Shown here: positions 9,139-18,185 of the stretch, one piece after another
Position numbering within the stretch: the stretch's first letter is position 1
How the letters are laid out: every line of letters starts with the position of its first letter
IMG/VR virus record: IMGVR_UViG_2541047955_000001
Location: 1 to 42,920 of that record
Source of the DNA: a virus
Taxonomy: Duplodnaviria; Heunggongvirae; Uroviricota; Caudoviricetes
DNA length: 42,920 nt
Strand: one strand, 5' to 3'
The notes under the pieces: model-generated
Seen by the model: the letters and a program-made list of their open reading frames with translations, nothing else
Told to the model about the DNA's origin: nothing
The model's database searches: none
Program-made: the position numbers and the translations under genes

Positions 9139-9390
9139 TCAGGCAGCCTTGTTGTAAATGTTGCAGGTATCAAGTAAGTAATTAGATGGAGCGCCATAAA
9201 TTATGAATTCATCGTTTGTCGGGTCCATCTCCATCTCTTGGCCTATTGCCATTCTTGCGTCAGTGTCATCAGAGGCGAAGCATAAAACAGCCCACGCACC
9301 CATTGTTTTAAAAAGAACTGCAATTGGCTGTGGTTTTACTGAATTTGCGTTAGCGCGAAAATCACAAATCGCACTTTCATGAAACTCCAT
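9139..9390 (-). CDS. hypothetical protein
   Basis: 83-aa ORF. Confidence 0.45.
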   Translation of the reverse strand: MEFHESAICDFRANANSVKPQPIAVLFKTMGAWAVLCFASDDTDARMAIGQEMEMDPTNDEFIIYGAPSNYLLDTCNIYNKAA

Positions 9391-9444
9391 ATATCACCTC
9401 AAATAAGTGGTTTGCTGCGAAAGTAAATACGCTTAAGTTACCTG

Positions 9445-9582
9445 TTATTTATCCCACCAAGTTCCGTATCTATCTATCCAGTTACACCAATCATCGACAC
9501 TCCATTTTGTTGTGTCGCATTTTGGCAACTGGCATGAATATCTACCTTCTTTGTAAAGTCGGCGTTTGACTTTCTTGAGCAT
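9445..9582 (-). CDS. small Cys-containing hypothetical protein (45 aa)
   Basis: Not in track; MLKKVKRRLYKEGRYSCQLPKCDTTKWSVDDWCNW...; GAGGTGAG RBS. Confidence 0.35.
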   Translation of the reverse strand: MLKKVKRRLYKEGRYSCQLPKCDTTKWSVDDWCNWIDRYGTWWDK

Positions 9583-9698
9583 GGCTCACCTCAATCGTAA
9601 TAAGTTGGAATTGATTTTCCGCGTTGCTTCTGGCGGCCTGAGCAAGTCACACCCATTTCACTGCGTGGCTTGCGGTAGTAAATTAGATTTGTTCAGAC

Positions 9699-9721
9699 AA
9701 TAAAAAACCCACCGAAGTGGG
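9699..9721 (-). terminator. intrinsic terminator (minus strand)
   Basis: Minus-strand hairpin CCCAC-TTCG-GTGGG followed by T6, directly after the 9722 stop. Confidence 0.55.
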
Positions 9722-10066
9722 CTATGACCATTTTTTATTTGGATTTCGTTGGTGAGCGTGATTAACAACTCTGTGCATTACATCCTCATATTTTTCATCT
9801 TCAATTTTTTCGACATCGCGAGGAAATGGTGTTGCTAATGCTTTGTCAACTTTATCCATTGGGTCTTCATTAATCTTATATTCAGGACCGTCATCTATAG
9901 CATTAAATCCAGGTGTTACACCGTTTTTTAATGCATATGCTATCCTCTTTTCCCATCTCGCTATTCTCCTCCTGTCTCGAGATGTAAGACCTCTATCAGA
10001 TACTTTTCTGTTTTGTCCGCGGTCAGGATTAACATAAATAGTCTTTTTCACCATAAGCATACTCAA
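9722..10066 (-). CDS. hypothetical basic protein
   Basis: 114-aa ORF, highly charged, immediately downstream of the N-like gene. Confidence 0.5.
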   Translation of the reverse strand: MSMLMVKKTIYVNPDRGQNRKVSDRGLTSRDRRRIARWEKRIAYALKNGVTPGFNAIDDGPEYKINEDPMDKVDKALATPFPRDVEKIEDEKYEDVMHRVVNHAHQRNPNKKWS

Positions 10067-10368
10067 TAAGCACCGTACGGTAGTTTACTGTACAATTTTA
10101 TTTTTTGGACTGCATGTATTTTGTTTCCTAATGGGTTTGAATCTTTGTAATAAATACTTCTATTTTTTCGAACGACTTCTTCTTTCTTCTTGCAGCAAAG
10201 GATTCCTAGTGATGCTGCTTTGTCTGCTTTGACGCAACCAGAGAGCTTTAGCGCAATTTTTCGCGCCAGTGCTTCATTACTGCGTCGCTCGGCAATAAGT
10301 TCTGCTCTGCGAGCTTTGTAGCGGCTTTTTGCCGTACCTTTGGATTCTTTCCAGACAATGGTTACCAT
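10063..10368 (-). CDS. N-like transcription antiterminator (P22 gene 24 position)
   Basis: Start at MVTIVW with AAAGGAGA RBS; N-terminal arginine-rich motif GTAKSRYKARRAELIAERR; first gene of the leftward operon next to c2. Confidence 0.55.
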   Translation of the reverse strand: MVTIVWKESKGTAKSRYKARRAELIAERRSNEALARKIALKLSGCVKADKAASLGILCCKKKEEVVRKNRSIYYKDSNPLGNKIHAVQKIKLYSKLPYGAY

Positions 10369-10660
10369 GATGGTCTCCTTTAAGTGGCTTTGGCGCATGA
10401 CGCGTCGAGGTGCTTATCTTCTCGATCGCTGTCTTGCAGCTGCAATTCGCGCCATCCCCAAAACCACTCAAGTTCTGGTCTCAACGGTTAGGTTGAGAGT
10501 CCGTCGATGTTAAAGAGCCTGCCAATCTGTTCCGTTTGGCTTCCAGCGTCCTGCTGATGGCTTAAATTTAAGACTTCTTAATTTATTGGTCAAGTGCATT
10601 TTTGAAGAAAACTTAATTCTATGGGCGTGAATTTAGTTTGTCTTTGATTTTTAACGGGAA

Positions 10661-10682
10661 ATAAAAAAGGGGCGAAAGCCCC
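10661..10682 (-). terminator. intrinsic terminator after c2 (minus strand)
   Basis: Hairpin GGGGC-TTTC-GCCCC followed by T-run on the minus strand, immediately 3' of the c2 stop. Confidence 0.6.
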
Positions 10683-11333
10683 TTAAGGAAGGTTTGCTAG
10701 CTTGGCATCAACGACAACGCCAATGATTTTACAGTTCCCATTGATTTCAATCATTGGGTATTGTGGATTGAGTGGTTTCAGGAATTTTCTACCGGCATCA
10801 ATAACTAACTTTTTGAATGTCGCCTCGTTTTCTCCTTCAAGTTTGGCGACTACCAGCTTTCCATTACGTGGTTCGACTTCTGGGTCGACGAGAATAATCA
10901 TCCCCTCAGGAATACTCAGTCCTGCCGGGGCAGTCATTGAATCGCCTTTAACGTCGAGCCAAAAAGAGTCTTCAGAACAATCTACCGTTGTGTCGTACCA
11001 GTTATCTATTGCACGCCTATGATATGGCTCTACAGCTTCCATCCAACATCCTGCGCTTACCCAACTAATTAGAGGATACGAACCTCTTGGATCATGCCTG
11101 CTGTGATAGGCAATGTTTGAAAGACTATCCTCTCCTTTCAACAGGTAATCAGGGGAGCACTGCAAAGCCTTGGCTAAGGCCAATAGGTTTTCGCCATTGG
11201 GCTCAGTTTCAGATCGCTCCCATTGGGAAATAGCAACATTAGACACGCCAACCATCTTGCCAAGGGCAGCCTGCCTAATCTTGAGTTCTTTTCTGCGAGC
11301 GCGAATACGCTCACCCATCAGTTGTGTATTCAT
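10683..11333 (-). CDS. c2: C2 repressor (CI analogue, LexA/S24-like C-terminus)
   Basis: 216 aa, near-identical to P22 C2 as recalled (MNTQLMGERIRARRK...IIGVVVDAKLANLP). Confidence 0.95.
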   Translation of the reverse strand: MNTQLMGERIRARRKELKIRQAALGKMVGVSNVAISQWERSETEPNGENLLALAKALQCSPDYLLKGEDSLSNIAYHSRHDPRGSYPLISWVSAGCWMEAVEPYHRRAIDNWYDTTVDCSEDSFWLDVKGDSMTAPAGLSIPEGMIILVDPEVEPRNGKLVVAKLEGENEATFKKLVIDAGRKFLKPLNPQYPMIEINGNCKIIGVVVDAKLANLP

Positions 11334-11413
11334 AGTTAAGACATCTTAAATAAACTTGACTTAAGATTCCTTTGGTGGATAATTTAAGTGTTCTTTAATT
11401 TCGGAGCGAGTCT
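11334..11413. promoter_or_regulatory. OR operator region with divergent PRM and PR
   Basis: Between divergent c2 and cro; P22-type operator half-sites (ATTTAAGTGTTCTTTAAT) and TTGACT-16 nt-GATAAT promoter toward cro. Confidence 0.6.
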
Positions 11414-11599
11414 ATGTACAAAAAAGATGTTATTGACCACTTCGGAACCCAGCGTGCTGTTGCTAAAGCACTAGGCATTAGCGATGCAGCAGTCTCTCAG
11501 TGGAAAGAAGTTATCCCAGAGAAAGACGCCTATCGATTGGAAATCGTTACAGCTGGCGCCCTGAAGTATCAAGAAAGTGCTTACCGCCAAGCGGCATAA
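11414..11599 (+). CDS. cro: Cro repressor
   Basis: 61 aa; HTH QRAVAKALGISDAAVSQW; divergent from c2. Confidence 0.9.
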   Translation: MYKKDVIDHFGTQRAVAKALGISDAAVSQWKEVIPEKDAYRLEIVTAGALKYQESAYRQAA

Positions 11600-11714
11600 G
11601 CAAATTGCTCTTTAACAGTTCTGGCCTTTCACCTCTAACCGGGTGAGCAAACATCAGCGGCAAATCCATTGGGTGTGCCGCTATAACTCAATATCAATAT
11701 AGGAAAATTAACAA

Positions 11715-12011
11715 ATGGCACAAGCAAGCTACAGCAAGCCAACCCAGCGAGAAATTGATCGCGCTGAAACTGATTTACTCATCAACCTGTCAACGCTTAC
11801 CCAGCGCGGTCTGGCAAAGATGATTGGCTGTCATGAATCGAAGATAAGCAGAACGGACTGGAGATTTATTGCTTCGGTCTTGTGTGCTTTCGGAATGGCA
11901 TCAGACATCAGTCCGATTAGCAGGGCTTTTAAGTATGCGCTTGATGAAATCACAAAGAAAAAATCCCCGGCCGCCACCGAGGATTTTAAGCAAATTGATA
12001 TGCAATTCTGA
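11715..12011 (+). CDS. CII-like transcriptional activator (P22 c1 position)
   Basis: 98 aa; resembles lambda CII in HTH and C-terminus (KKKSPAATE...QIDMQF). Confidence 0.7.
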   Translation: MAQASYSKPTQREIDRAETDLLINLSTLTQRGLAKMIGCHESKISRTDWRFIASVLCAFGMASDISPISRAFKYALDEITKKKSPAATEDFKQIDMQF

Positions 12012-12043
12012 GGGAATTACTGGATCAATCCACAGGAGTAATT

Positions 12044-12205
12044 ATGACAAAACGTCGTAAGAAATACCAGGAAAAAGAAGAGATTCGACACCCTGATTCA
12101 CCTGAGGGATTAGTGGTAGCCGCAGCAAATAACAGGGCGTTCGCAGAGCGCCTTGTTGGTGTTTACAGACTAGCCAAAGCAGGAGTGAAACATGGGCGTC
12201 GTTAA
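12044..12205 (+). CDS. small hypothetical protein (53 aa)
   Basis: Not in track; MTKRRKKYQEKEEIRH...; AGGAG RBS 6 nt upstream; overlaps the O-like start. Confidence 0.4.
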   Translation: MTKRRKKYQEKEEIRHPDSPEGLVVAAANNRAFAERLVGVYRLAKAGVKHGRR

Positions 12206-13022
12206 GTTAGCTGATTACAGGCCTCAACTGGAGGTCGTGGAGCATCGCGTGGCAGAACTCGAAGATGGCTACACTCGGACTGCAAACACACTGTTAGAAG
12301 CCGCCATGCTTTCTGGACTTACTCTACATCAGTTACTGATTGTTATGGCTGTGTGGCGCAAGACATACGGTTACAACAAAAAAATAGATTGGATCGGAAA
12401 CGAACAGTTCGCTGAACTCACTGGCATGGCACCAACCAAATGCTCTACCGCCAAAAACGAGCTTATCAGAATGGGAGTTCTCATTCAGGTGGGGCGTCAA
12501 GTTGGTATGAATACAAACATTTCCGAGTGGAAAACGAAAGTTAACGGATTCGGTAAAACATTTACCAATTCGGTAAAACAAACCTTCACCAAATCGGTAA
12601 AAAGCAATTTACCGAATCAGTCAAACACAAAAGACAATATACAAAAGACAATAAATACAAATACCCCCTTACCCCCTAACGGGGGCGGCGATGGGCAGGT
12701 TAAACCTGAACGTCGCAAGGCAGAACGAATCGACTACGAATCCTTCCTGAACGCCTACAACACCGAAGTCGGTGACAGACTTCCACACGCTGTTGCGGTC
12801 AACGAGAAACGAAAACGCCGCCTGAAGAAAATCATCCCGCAACTGAAAACGCCAAACGTGGACGGTTTCAGAGCGTATGTCAGGGCGTTTGTGCATCAGG
12901 CCAAGCCGTTTTACTTCGGAGACAACGACACGGGCTGGACGGCTGATTTTGATTACCTGCTGAGAGAAGACTCGTTAACGGGAGTTCGGGAAGGGAAGTT
13001 TGCAGACAGGGGGATTGCATGA
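12192..13022 (+). CDS. replication initiator, lambda O-like (P22 gene 18)
   Basis: 276 aa; contains the origin iterons internally; followed by an overlapping helicase gene. Confidence 0.85.
   Translation: MGVVKLADYRPQLEVVEHRVAELEDGYTRTANTLLEAAMLSGLTLHQLLIVMAVWRKTYGYNKKIDWIGNEQFAELTGMAPTKCSTAKNELIRMGVLIQVGRQVGMNTNISEWKTKVNGFGKTFTNSVKQTFTKSVKSNLPNQSNTKDNIQKTINTNTPLPPNGGGDGQVKPERRKAERIDYESFLNAYNTEVGDRLPHAVAVNEKRKRRLKKIIPQLKTPNVDGFRAYVRAFVHQAKPFYFGDNDTGWTADFDYLLREDSLTGVREGKFADRGIA
12546..12665 (+). repeat. replication origin: iterons plus AT-rich tract
   Basis: Three direct TTCGGTAAAACA-type repeats and an inverted TTTACCGAAT copy, then AT-rich aaagacaatatacaaaagacaataaatacaaata. Confidence 0.6.
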
Positions 13023-14395
13023 GACAGGATATCGAAGCGAGCGTTATCGGTGGCCTGCTGATTGGTGGATTAACTCCAACCGCCAGTGACGTTCTGGCAA
13101 CGCTGGAGCCGGAAGCGTTTTCAATTCCGCTCTACCGGAAAGCCTTCGAGGTTATTCGCAAGCAGGCGAGAAACAGAAACCTAATCGATGCGCTGATGGT
13201 TGCCGAGGCGTGCGGAGAGGAGCATTTCACGTCAATCCTGATGACCAGCAAAAACTGCCCGAGTGCCGCAAACCTGAAGGGATATGCCGGAATGGTCGCG
13301 GATAACTATCACCGCCGTCTGGTGCTGGAAATCATGGATGAAATGCGTGAACCAATCCAAAGCGGAACCATCGACGCATCGAGTCAGGCGATGGATGAAC
13401 TTGTAAAGCGTCTTTCAGCCATCAGAAAGCCCCGTGACGAGGTTAAACCTGTACGGTTAGGGGAAATCATCACTGACTACACTGACACGCTTGACAGGCG
13501 TCTGAGGAACGGAGAAGAGTCAGATACCCTGAAGACCGGAATCGACGAACTTGACGCCATCACCGGAGGGATGAACGCGGAAGACCTTGTGATAATCGCC
13601 GCTCGTCCTGGTATGGGGAAAACCGAACTGGCGCTGAAGATTGCCGAAGGCGTTGCAAGCCGCGTTATTCCTGGTTCTGACGTCCGGCGCGGGGTATTGA
13701 TTTTCTCAATGGAAATGAGCGCATTGCAGATTGCAGAGCGAAGCATTGCCAACGCCGGGAGGATGTCGGTTAGCGTACTGCGAAATCCTGCATCGATGGA
13801 TGACGAAGGCTGGGCGCGTGTTGCTAACGGCATGAGTCAGCTTGCAGATTTGGATGTATGGGTAGTCGATGCCTCGCGGTTATCGGTCGAAGAAATTCGC
13901 TCAATCGCAGAGCGGCACAAACAGGAAAATCCAAACCTGTCACTCATCATGGCGGATTATCTTGGCCTGATTGAGAAGCCGAAAGCAGACCGCAACGACC
14001 TCGCAATTGCTCACATCTCCGGAAGCCTGAAGGCGATGGCGAAAGACCTGAAAACACCGGTTATCTCCCTGAGTCAGCTTTCGCGCGATGTTGAGAAGCG
14101 ACCAAACAAACGCCCGACAAACGCAGATTTGCGTGATTCAGGAAGCATTGAGCAGGACGCAGACTCAATCATCATGCTCTATCGGGAAGCGGTATATGAC
14201 GAGAACAGTAGCGCCGCGCCATTTGCTGAAATCATCGTGACGAAAAACCGTTTTGGCTCGCTTGGTACGGTTTACCAGCGGTTCTGCAACGGACACTTTG
14301 TTGCATGTGACCAGGATGAAGCCAGACAGATTTGCACAGCATCAAATGCGCCTGCTGCGCGTGGCAGACGATATGCACAAGGGGCGGACGTATGA
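13019..14395 (+). CDS. DnaB-type replicative helicase (P22 gene 12)
   Basis: 458 aa; Walker [15 protein letters not shown] and DnaB-type C-terminal domain. Confidence 0.9.
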   Translation: MRQDIEASVIGGLLIGGLTPTASDVLATLEPEAFSIPLYRKAFEVIRKQARNRNLIDALMVAEACGEEHFTSILMTSKNCPSAANLKGYAGMVADNYHRRLVLEIMDEMREPIQSGTIDASSQAMDELVKRLSAIRKPRDEVKPVRLGEIITDYTDTLDRRLRNGEESDTLKTGIDELDAITGGMNAEDLVIIAARPGMGKTELALKIAEGVASRVIPGSDVRRGVLIFSMEMSALQIAERSIANAGRMSVSVLRNPASMDDEGWARVANGMSQLADLDVWVVDASRLSVEEIRSIAERHKQENPNLSLIMADYLGLIEKPKADRNDLAIAHISGSLKAMAKDLKTPVISLSQLSRDVEKRPNKRPTNADLRDSGSIEQDADSIIMLYREAVYDENSSAAPFAEIIVTKNRFGSLGTVYQRFCNGHFVACDQDEARQICTASNAPAARGRRYAQGADV

Positions 14396-14421
14396 CCATC
14401 TACATCACTGAGCTAATAACA

Positions 14422-14448
14422 GGGGCTATTTACACAGTAGCCCTTTTT
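14422..14448 (+). terminator. intrinsic terminator (tR2-like) before the nin region
   Basis: Hairpin GGGCTA-tttacacag-TAGCCC followed by TTTTTTATT. Confidence 0.55.
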
Positions 14449-14476
14449 TATTGGATTAAGAACGAGGGGGATCCTG

Positions 14477-14689
14477 ATGGACACCGTTAACGGAATGTGT
14501 TCAGACGCACCGCGTGCCAAAAAATGTAAATGCGGAAAATCACCGACAATATTCGACATGGAGAACGGGTGCCAAATCTACTGCGCTAACCACGCTGCTG
14601 TGGCGGCCGCGAATTATCGCAGTGCGGTAACGGAGTGGAATAACCTGAAATCTGTTAGAGAGGGAAGTCATGAAAAAACTAACCTTTGA
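14477..14689 (+). CDS. hypothetical Cys-rich protein
   Basis: 70 aa; CKCGK...CQIYCANH suggests a zinc-binding fold. Confidence 0.45.
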   Translation: MDTVNGMCSDAPRAKKCKCGKSPTIFDMENGCQIYCANHAAVAAANYRSAVTEWNNLKSVREGSHEKTNL

Positions 14690-15110
14690 AATTCGATCTC
14701 CAGCACATCAGCAAAACGCTATTCACGCAGTACAGCAAATTCTTCCAGACCCAACCAAACCAATCGTAGTAACCATTCAGGAACGCAACCGCAGCTTAGA
14801 CCAGAATCGAAAGCTTTGGGCTTGCCTTGGTGACGTCTCTCGTCAGGTTGAATGGCATGGTCGCTGGCTGGATGCAGAAAGCTGGAAGTGTGTGTTTACC
14901 GCAGCATTAAAGCAGCAGGATGTTGTTCCTAACCTTGCCGGGAATGGCTTTGTGGTAATAGGTCAGTCAACCAGCAGGATGCGTGTAAGCGAATTTGCGG
15001 AGCTATTAGAGCTTATACAGGCATTCGGTACAGAGCGTGGCGTTAAGTGGTCAGACGAAGCGCGACTGGCTCTCGAATGGAAAGCGCGATGGGGAGATCG
15101 GGCTGCATGA
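14670..15110 (+). CDS. ninB: NinB (Orf-family recombination protein)
   Basis: 146 aa; matches NinB of lambdoid phages as recalled. Confidence 0.85.
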   Translation: MKKLTFEIRSPAHQQNAIHAVQQILPDPTKPIVVTIQERNRSLDQNRKLWACLGDVSRQVEWHGRWLDAESWKCVFTAALKQQDVVPNLAGNGFVVIGQSTSRMRVSEFAELLELIQAFGTERGVKWSDEARLALEWKARWGDRAA

Positions 15111-15634
15111 CTATCAAATCAAATACGCCAGCACACGACAAGGACTGCTGGCAAACGCCGCTTTGGCTTTTTGATGCACTGGATATTGAGTTTGGATTCT
15201 GGCTGGATTCGGCAGCGAGCGACAAAAATGCTCTGTGCGCTCACTGGTTAACTGAGGCCGACGACGCGCTCAATTCTGAGTGGGTAAGCCACGGTGCAAT
15301 CTGGAATAACCCACCGTACAGCAATATCAGGCCGTTGGTAGAAAAAGCCGCTGAGCAGTGCATACAACAGCGACAGACGGTAGTGATGCTTGTGCCAGAG
15401 GATATGTCAGTCGGATGGTTCAGCAAGGCTCTGGAGAGCGTTGACGAAGTTCGCATTATCACTGATGGACGGATTAATTTTATCGAACCATCGACGGGGC
15501 TGGAGAAGAAGGGAAACAGCAAAGGCTCAATGCTGCTGATTTGGCGACCGTTCATCAGTCCTCGACGGATGTTTACTACCGTATCCAAAGCGGCATTGAT
15601 GGCGATCGGGCAGGGCGTCAGGAGGGCGGCATGA
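15107..15634 (+). CDS. DNA N6-adenine methyltransferase (phage Dam family)
   Basis: Start placed at ATG overlapping the ninB stop (ATGA); NPPY catalytic motif (WNNPPYS). Confidence 0.8.
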   Translation: MTIKSNTPAHDKDCWQTPLWLFDALDIEFGFWLDSAASDKNALCAHWLTEADDALNSEWVSHGAIWNNPPYSNIRPLVEKAAEQCIQQRQTVVMLVPEDMSVGWFSKALESVDEVRIITDGRINFIEPSTGLEKKGNSKGSMLLIWRPFISPRRMFTTVSKAALMAIGQGVRRAA

Positions 15635-15813
15635 GACGACAGCGACGAAGTATCACCGACATAATCTGCGAAAACTGCAAATACCTTCCAACGAAACGCT
15701 CCAGAAATAAACGCAAGCCAATCCCAAAAGAATCTGACGTAAAAACCTTCAACTACACGGCTCACCTGTGGGATATCCGGTGGCTTAGAGAACGTGCGAG
15801 GAAAACAAGGTGA
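15631..15813 (+). CDS. ninE: NinE
   Basis: 60 aa [38 protein letters not shown]... matches lambdoid NinE as recalled. Confidence 0.8.
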   Translation: MRRQRRSITDIICENCKYLPTKRSRNKRKPIPKESDVKTFNYTAHLWDIRWLRERARKTR

Positions 15814-15980
15814 TTGACCAAAATCGAAGTTACGAACAAGGAAGTGTCGAGCGAGCTTTAACGTGCGCTAACTGCGGTCAGAAGCTGCATGTGCTGGAAG
15901 TTCATGTGTGTGAGCACTGCTGCGCAGAACTGATGAGCGATCCGAATAGCTCAATGTACGAGGAAGAAGACGATGAATGA
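15810..15980 (+). CDS. ninF: NinF (GTG start)
   Basis: 56 aa, not in track; [38 protein letters not shown]...; Cys4 motif. Confidence 0.6.
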   Translation: MIDQNRSYEQGSVERALTCANCGQKLHVLEVHVCEHCCAELMSDPNSSMYEEEDDE

Positions 15981-16695
15981 GTTAATAAATGGCAATGCCA
16001 TCAAAATGACAAGCATTGAAATCGCTGAGTTGGTGGGAAGTCGTCATGACAAGGTGAAACAATCTATTGAACGACTGGCGGCTCGAGGTGTGATCCGAAA
16101 TCCCCCAATGGTGGTTTTCGAAAAAATCAATAACTTAGGATTACTTCGTGGCGTAGAGGCTTACGTTTTTGAGGGAGAACAAGGTAAGCGAGACAGTATT
16201 GTCGTTGTAGCCCAGTTGTCGCCGGAATTCACCGCTCGTCTTGTTGACCGTTGGCGAGAGCTTGAAGACGCTGCGGTTAATATCCCCAAAACTCTACCAG
16301 AAGCGTTGCGCCTTGCTGCTGATCTTGCTGAGCAGAAAATGCAACTGGAAAACCAGCTCGCAATTGCAGCACCTAAAGTTGAGTTTGCCGATCGCGTTGG
16401 CGAGGCCAGCGGAATTTTGATTGGAAACTTTGCAAAGGTTGTTGGAATTGGTCCAAACAAACTGTTTGCGTGGATGCGCGATCACAAAATCCTTATTGCT
16501 TCAGGTTCCCGGCGCAATGTGCCAATGCAGGAATATATGGATCGCGGCTATTTCACAGTGAAAGAAACAGCGGTCAATACAAATCACGGAATACAGATAT
16601 CGTTCACCACAAAAATCACCGGGCGTGGTCAACAGTGGCTGACCAGAAAGCTTCTCGATAACGGAATGCTGAAAGTAACAGGGGAGGCTGCTTAA
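15973..16695 (+). CDS. Rha-family regulatory protein with KilAC-type C-terminal domain
   Basis: 240 aa; N-terminal MTSIEIAELVGSRHDKVKQSIERL (Rha-like) and C-terminal antirepressor-like DNA-binding region. Confidence 0.7.
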   Translation: MNELINGNAIKMTSIEIAELVGSRHDKVKQSIERLAARGVIRNPPMVVFEKINNLGLLRGVEAYVFEGEQGKRDSIVVVAQLSPEFTARLVDRWRELEDAAVNIPKTLPEALRLAADLAEQKMQLENQLAIAAPKVEFADRVGEASGILIGNFAKVVGIGPNKLFAWMRDHKILIASGSRRNVPMQEYMDRGYFTVKETAVNTNHGIQISFTTKITGRGQQWLTRKLLDNGMLKVTGEAA

Positions 16696-16985
16696 TGGCT
16701 AACCTACGCAAAGAAGCGCGCGGCAGAGAATGTCAGGTACGTATTTACGGCGTATGCAATGGTAATCCTGAAACTACAGTTCTGGCACATTACCGGATGG
16801 CTGGAATTTGCGGAACGGGAATGAAACCTGACGACCTGATTGGCGCATGGGCTTGTAGCGCGTGTCACGATGAAATCGACCGACGCACCCATAATCTCGA
16901 CAACAAAGACGCCAGACTTTACCACCTCGAAGGCGTGATCAGGACGCAGGCGATACTGCTGAAGGAGGGGAAGATTAAGTCATGA
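16695..16985 (+). CDS. NinX-like protein
   Basis: 96 aa; conserved Cys/His residues; position between Rha and rusA. Confidence 0.6.
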   Translation: MANLRKEARGRECQVRIYGVCNGNPETTVLAHYRMAGICGTGMKPDDLIGAWACSACHDEIDRRTHNLDNKDARLYHLEGVIRTQAILLKEGKIKS

Positions 16986-17344
16986 ACGAATATCAGTTTG
17001 TGCTTCCATACCCGCCGTCGGTGAATACCTACTGGCGAAGACGGGGAAGCCAATACTACATCAGCGATAAAGGCCAGAAATACCGAAAAGACGTTCAGCA
17101 AATCATCCGCCAACTTAAGTTAGACATTTTCACCAAATCACGACTCCGCATCAAAGTCATCGCAGACGTTCCAGACTCCCGCCGCCGCGACCTCGACAAC
17201 ATCCTGAAAGGTTTACTCGACTCCCTTATCCACGCCGGATTTGCGGAAGACGACGAGCAATTCGATGACATTCGCGTAATTCGTGGCGTGAAAGTACCAG
17301 GCGGAAGGCTTGGAATAAAAATCACCGAACTGGAGAACGTATGA
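16982..17344 (+). CDS. rusA: RusA Holliday-junction resolvase
   Basis: 120 aa; MNEYQFVLPYPPSVNTYW... with RRRDLDN acidic catalytic region. Confidence 0.85.
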   Translation: MNEYQFVLPYPPSVNTYWRRRGSQYYISDKGQKYRKDVQQIIRQLKLDIFTKSRLRIKVIADVPDSRRRDLDNILKGLLDSLIHAGFAEDDEQFDDIRVIRGVKVPGGRLGIKITELENV

Positions 17345-17529
17345 ACGCCACAATTCAAACGATACCAGAGCTTCTTATCCAGACACGAGGCAATCAGACC
17401 GAAGTGGCGAGGATGCTTTCCTGCGCAAGAGGAACGGTGCTCAAGTACAACCGAGACAGCAAAGGCGAACGTCACGTAATAGTTAACGGCGTCCTGATGG
17501 TCAAACAGGGCAAGAGAGGAAGACGATGA
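17341..17529 (+). CDS. ninH: NinH
   Basis: 62 aa; GNQTEVARMLSCARGTV HTH resembles lambda NinH. Confidence 0.7.
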   Translation: MNATIQTIPELLIQTRGNQTEVARMLSCARGTVLKYNRDSKGERHVIVNGVLMVKQGKRGRR

Positions 17530-18014
17530 GCATAAGAGAACTAAACCTCACCAAAGAACAGCACGAGTGGCTGAATGGCTGGCTTGAACTGTGGGGCGCA
17601 TGGGTTTATTCAGGTCGTCTGGAAAAGCGCATGAGCAGCGTAATAGCGAAGTTCATGGAGAGCGTAGAGCCGGGAAGAGTTATGACAAGGCCAATGTGTA
17701 ATGATGATGATGGAATGTTGATTTCTCAGGTCGTCGATTCCGTCATGTACATTGACAAGAAAGCCTTTGGAATCCTCCTCAGCTACTACGCTCATGGCTC
17801 TTCCAAGCACGCCATTGCATCTTACTATCATCGCGTCGCAAGACCTCGCAAGATGTTATGCCGGGGCGGCGGGCGCATTCAAAAACCATCGCTCGCAACC
17901 TGTCGACGGGAAGTTGACGAAATCCTCAATGCCTCGTTGTTTATGATTTACCCGGTTCTGGATAGTGCGTTTAAAAACCGGAAACGTGTAGAGAAAATTA
18001 AACATGTAGCATAG
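17526..18014 (+). CDS. late-gene antiterminator Q (P22 gene 23 type)
   Basis: 162 aa; last gene of the nin operon, immediately upstream of a promoter/terminator and the lysis cassette. Confidence 0.7.
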   Translation: MSIRELNLTKEQHEWLNGWLELWGAWVYSGRLEKRMSSVIAKFMESVEPGRVMTRPMCNDDDGMLISQVVDSVMYIDKKAFGILLSYYAHGSSKHAIASYYHRVARPRKMLCRGGGRIQKPSLATCRREVDEILNASLFMIYPVLDSAFKNRKRVEKIKHVA

Positions 18015-18060
18015 AACGTGTTGACATCATTGAGCAAATGAGCAACACTATTCGCATAAG
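18015..18060 (+). promoter_or_regulatory. putative late promoter PR' / Q-utilisation region
   Basis: TTGACA at 18020-18025 right after the Q stop; position equivalent to lambda PR'. Confidence 0.35.
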
Positions 18061-18061
18061 C

Positions 18062-18100
18062 TGCCGTTAGTGACTCTTAAGTTGCAACGGTGGCTTTTTT
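18062..18100 (+). terminator. putative tR'-like terminator
   Basis: CCGTT...AACGG stem and GC-rich segment followed by T7 (tggcttttttta). Confidence 0.4.
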
Positions 18101-18105
18101 TATTT

Positions 18106-18180
18106 GGGTCAGTCGTATAAAGGTCATTACGGAAGGCTGTTAACCTTCTTATCGTGGTTCGAGTCCACGCTGTCCCGCCA
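18106..18180 (+). tRNA. tRNA-like, Asn (GUU) anticodon, imperfect stems
   Basis: 75 nt ending CCA; anticodon stem GAAGG/CCTTC, loop CTGTTAA; T-loop TTCGAGT; one T-T mismatch in acceptor and D stems. Confidence 0.45.
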
Positions 18181-18185
18181 AATAT

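Noticed and set aside
10380-10420. nutL boxB hairpin call
   Set aside because: A small GACGCGTC palindrome/hairpin is present in the N leader, but it does not match the P22 boxB loop closely enough to call without alignment.
10277-10471. 64-aa minus-strand ORF overlapping the start of the N-like gene
   Set aside because: Overlaps the better-supported N-like ORF and the expected pL/nutL leader; no RBS.
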